Assembly (NCBI GenBank): GCA_965208615.1 | Contig: CBDBPB010000001.1 | Span: 128,001 to 192,000 of the forward strand | DNA length: 64,000 nucleotides | DNA from: Spirochaetota bacterium | GTDB lineage: Bacteria > Spirochaetota > UBA6919 > CBDBPB01 | Direction of reading: 5' to 3' | Shown: positions 61,364 through 64,000 of the stretch, one piece after another | Layout of the letters: each line of letters begins with the position of its first letter | Position numbering within the stretch: the first letter of the stretch is position 1 | Notes under the pieces: generated by a model | Database searches by the model: none | What the model saw: the letters and a program-made list of their open reading frames with translations, nothing else | Told to the model about the DNA's origin: nothing | Translations under genes and position numbers: made by a program

Positions 61364-61699
61364 TTATAACGATTTCTCTCCAACCTCTTCAGTACGAATG
61401 CGGTAAGAGTTCTGTACATCAAATACAAAGACTTTACCATCGCCCACCTCTCCTGTCTGACCTGTCTCAATAATAGTTTTGACAATCTTATCTACACTAT
61501 CATCATTCACCACCATAGTAAGAGTTACCCTCTCAATAGAACTAGTGTCATACACAACCCCACGATAAACCCTCTCCTGCCTTGCACGGCCAACACCTCT
61601 TACATCCCAGTAAGAGAAAAAACCAGCCCCCACACTAGTAAGAGCATCCTTTACCTCGTCAAACTTGGTCTTTCTGATAACAGCCTCAATTTTCTTCAT
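61364..61699 (-). CDS. glnK: P-II family nitrogen regulator
   Basis: MKKIEAVIR, VRGVGR, YRG (T-loop Tyr) and TGEVGDGKVFV; adjacent to amtB. Confidence 0.93.
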   Translation of the reverse strand: MKKIEAVIRKTKFDEVKDALTSVGAGFFSYWDVRGVGRARQERVYRGVVYDTSSIERVTLTMVVNDDSVDKIVKTIIETGQTGEVGDGKVFVFDVQNSYRIRTEEVGEKSL

Positions 61700-61740
61700 A
61701 ACACCTTCCTCAAAACCATAAAATATATCAATATAAATAA

Positions 61741-61777
61741 AATAAATAGACCGCCTAAAATAATAAATAGACAGCCT
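61741..61777. repeat. 16-bp direct repeat with 21-bp period in the glnK leader
   Basis: AATAAATAGACCGCCT (61741) and AATAAATAGACAGCCT (61762). Confidence 0.8.
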
Positions 61778-61883
61778 CTTAACTTAAATAATATTAAATA
61801 TATATTAGGATTTTATAGTAATTTATAAAGCAAGACTCTTTATCACAAATCTACGATCTTTAATAAAGAGCACCAAAAAGTTA

Positions 61884-61911
61884 AGTATAATACTTTATAG
61901 AAAAAAGTCAA
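61884..61911 (-). promoter_or_regulatory. Sigma-70-like promoter for glnK-amtB
   Basis: Minus strand TTGACT-16 nt-TATACT. Confidence 0.5.
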
Positions 61912-61984
61912 TAGAAAAGTTATAACTTTTTTATATGTAAAATATAACTGCCTATAAGTAAATAAGTAGAAGAGAGTAGAAAAA

Positions 61985-63982
61985 CTAAAAAATACCACGA
62001 ACAGTTATAAAAACTTGATCTCGATCAACATACCTACTCGTAAAAAAAGTATGAAAACCAACTATTAACTCAAAATTCTTATTAAATGAATATTGCCCCT
62101 CCAAAGTTAAATATGAATTAGAACCAAAAAAATCTAGGAAAAAATCCTCTATACCCTTAAAGTCCCTCCTGCTATACCTCAGCTTAACCATAAATAATGG
62201 CGAAAAATGCTTGCTCGTGTTAAGCTCAATATAAAAACTATGATTAGCCTTATCGTATCCAGATACCTCACCAGATTCATAGTAATATTCAACGTATAAA
62301 TCTAAAATATTAGGAATAACAGTCCCAAACCTAATCAAAAAACCATGAAAGTCATCCTTATCCTTAGCCAAAAGCTGATTAGCCCTTTCACCGCGATTAA
62401 GCTCATAAAAAGTATCATAATATTTCGATATATATCCCCCAGGAAAATAACGATACTCCAATCGATACCTACCATAATCTAAAAATGTCCCCTTAAAACC
62501 AAATAATAATCCAAAACTGTCATCAATAAAATGAAACTTATTAGCTACGGTACCAAATTTACCCGCAGTACCAGAATCAGTAAACAAATAAGACTGTGCA
62601 GCAACCTCAAAAAATACCGATAAACTAATATCAGAAGGCCTCTTACTAAGTAGTGGAACATTAATATCAAGAGAAAATAAAAATACCCTCGGATTCCCGC
62701 CATTGTTTTTCGGCGAACTATCCATACTAAAAACTACTCCAAATATAGTATTATCATACACCTTTTTACTAGGACCATAAAATGGAAGACTCTCAATCCT
62801 AATACCCATAACCTCAAACCGTGTCAAATCACTAAGAAATCCGACTAGTCTAATGGTTTTAAAATCAAGATCATAAAAAAAACCAACCCTTCTCCTTTTA
62901 GGAAATTCTATCTCATTGGTATAACGATGAACAGTAAGCCCTTGTCCTAAAGTAACAAAGCTAATATCTGATATAAGTAAATAAAAACTCCCCTTCCGCC
63001 CATAGGATAAATAATCTATTTTAGTTAATAAATCTTCAAATATATCAGCGGTACTGCTAAAATTCCACTCGTTATAATTATACCAATTCTCGAATGAGCC
63101 AGGATTAACAAAAGGCATATAAAAAGAAAGCCTAAACTGTAATTTTAACTTCTCTACTGTCAAAAGCGGGTTTAAAGAAAAATAAAAATAAAAATCCTCA
63201 GCAATATATTGAAAACCTCCTTCAAATTTAAAGTAAAAAATCCCCTTCTCCCTAAACTTTTTAATGGCCAATATCTTGTCTACATAAGAAGTCTCAACTT
63301 TAAAAAAAGGATAATTGTTAACCTTTGTATACTCCAAATCAAATCTATCCAACCCTTCATAACCATTAAAAAGATCCTCGTTGATTGAAAGGTCTTCTTT
63401 ATCTATCTTTCTAATATTCCTTTTTTTAGCATTAACGCCGTCAACAATAACTATATAATGATTTTCAGCAAGAACAATACCACCAATAAACCCCTTAGAC
63501 CTTACATTAAATGTACTCTTTAATACAGAAATCTTATCCCTATAGTTATTACTCTCCAATAGAACGTGAGAAACTCCTTTAGTAGAGTGGGTAATACTAT
63601 ACGGCGTATCCAATTTAATAATATATCCCTTACCATTGACCTCTTTTACAGCAGAATAAACCAACACCTTTCCATATACCAAATTAATATTAAGCTCATA
63701 ATCGCTTATCTCTTTGAACTCCAAATAGCTTTTAGGATAAAGAATTAATGTAGTTTTATTATTAAATAAAGTAATTTTTACTCTTCCATTTTCATCGGTT
63801 TTTAGTATGTCGCCAACTCTTATAAATTGTCCCTTTTCAAGGGGTCTAAATCTATTTTTTATTCTTGCTCTCTTTTTTAATACTCCCTCTATAACTATAC
63901 TAACTTGAGCTTTTTTACTATCCTCAAAAGCAAATGATAGCTCTCCCACAAGTAATAAACAAAATATATAAATAATTAACAT
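61985..63982 (-). CDS. FecR-like N-terminal domain fused to a probable outer-membrane beta-barrel
   Basis: Signal peptide; FecR-like GDILKTDENGRVKITL...L.YGKV...LDTP; aromatic-rich strands; terminal FITVRGIF. Confidence 0.75.
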   Translation of the reverse strand: MLIIYIFCLLLVGELSFAFEDSKKAQVSIVIEGVLKKRARIKNRFRPLEKGQFIRVGDILKTDENGRVKITLFNNKTTLILYPKSYLEFKEISDYELNINLVYGKVLVYSAVKEVNGKGYIIKLDTPYSITHSTKGVSHVLLESNNYRDKISVLKSTFNVRSKGFIGGIVLAENHYIVIVDGVNAKKRNIRKIDKEDLSINEDLFNGYEGLDRFDLEYTKVNNYPFFKVETSYVDKILAIKKFREKGIFYFKFEGGFQYIAEDFYFYFSLNPLLTVEKLKLQFRLSFYMPFVNPGSFENWYNYNEWNFSSTADIFEDLLTKIDYLSYGRKGSFYLLISDISFVTLGQGLTVHRYTNEIEFPKRRRVGFFYDLDFKTIRLVGFLSDLTRFEVMGIRIESLPFYGPSKKVYDNTIFGVVFSMDSSPKNNGGNPRVFLFSLDINVPLLSKRPSDISLSVFFEVAAQSYLFTDSGTAGKFGTVANKFHFIDDSFGLLFGFKGTFLDYGRYRLEYRYFPGGYISKYYDTFYELNRGERANQLLAKDKDDFHGFLIRFGTVIPNILDLYVEYYYESGEVSGYDKANHSFYIELNTSKHFSPLFMVKLRYSRRDFKGIEDFFLDFFGSNSYLTLEGQYSFNKNFELIVGFHTFFTSRYVDRDQVFITVRGIF

Positions 63983-64000
63983 AACTTTATAGTATATCCA

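Noticed and set aside
61820-61850. Sigma-54 promoter for glnK-amtB
   Set aside because: TTGC is present but the invariant GG at -24 is missing

Overview
Very AT-rich bacterial chromosome segment with strong strand asymmetry (the + strand is A/C-rich, so the minus strand is probably the leading strand). It is most likely from a Spirochaetota lineage; this is an inference from the spirochaete-type RpoA N-terminus and insertion and from the spirochaete-like hypothetical proteins. The right third (40.8-59.4 kb, minus strand) is the str-S10-spc-alpha ribosomal superoperon from rpsL to rplQ. It lacks adk and map and is preceded by glnK-amtB rather than rpoBC. The left two-thirds hold housekeeping and accessory genes: a TPR protein, malQ, a GT4, an MMPL/RND + LolA-like + outer-membrane trio, an SHP/diheme cytochrome c/cytochrome b operon, a bshB1-like deacetylase, a large NAD-glutamate dehydrogenase, an orphan archease, an orphan EutN/CcmL, an HDOD-HDOD-MBL-GAF/PP2C signalling cluster, pheS, pyrG, kdsB, a Vgb-like propeller and metH. 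Reading the DNA directly gave four small genes missing from the ORF track: rpmJ, a 56-aa C4 zinc-finger protein, a 51-aa protein and a frameshifted Cys-rich lipoprotein. It also showed single-base frameshifts in rpsH and rpsC (probably assembly errors), sigma-28-like promoters including one antisense to metH, an OmpR/PhoB-type box and several hairpins and repeats. I found no tRNA, rRNA, CRISPR array, transposase, integrase or recognisable defence system. The candidate novel systems below are hypotheses, not established discoveries.
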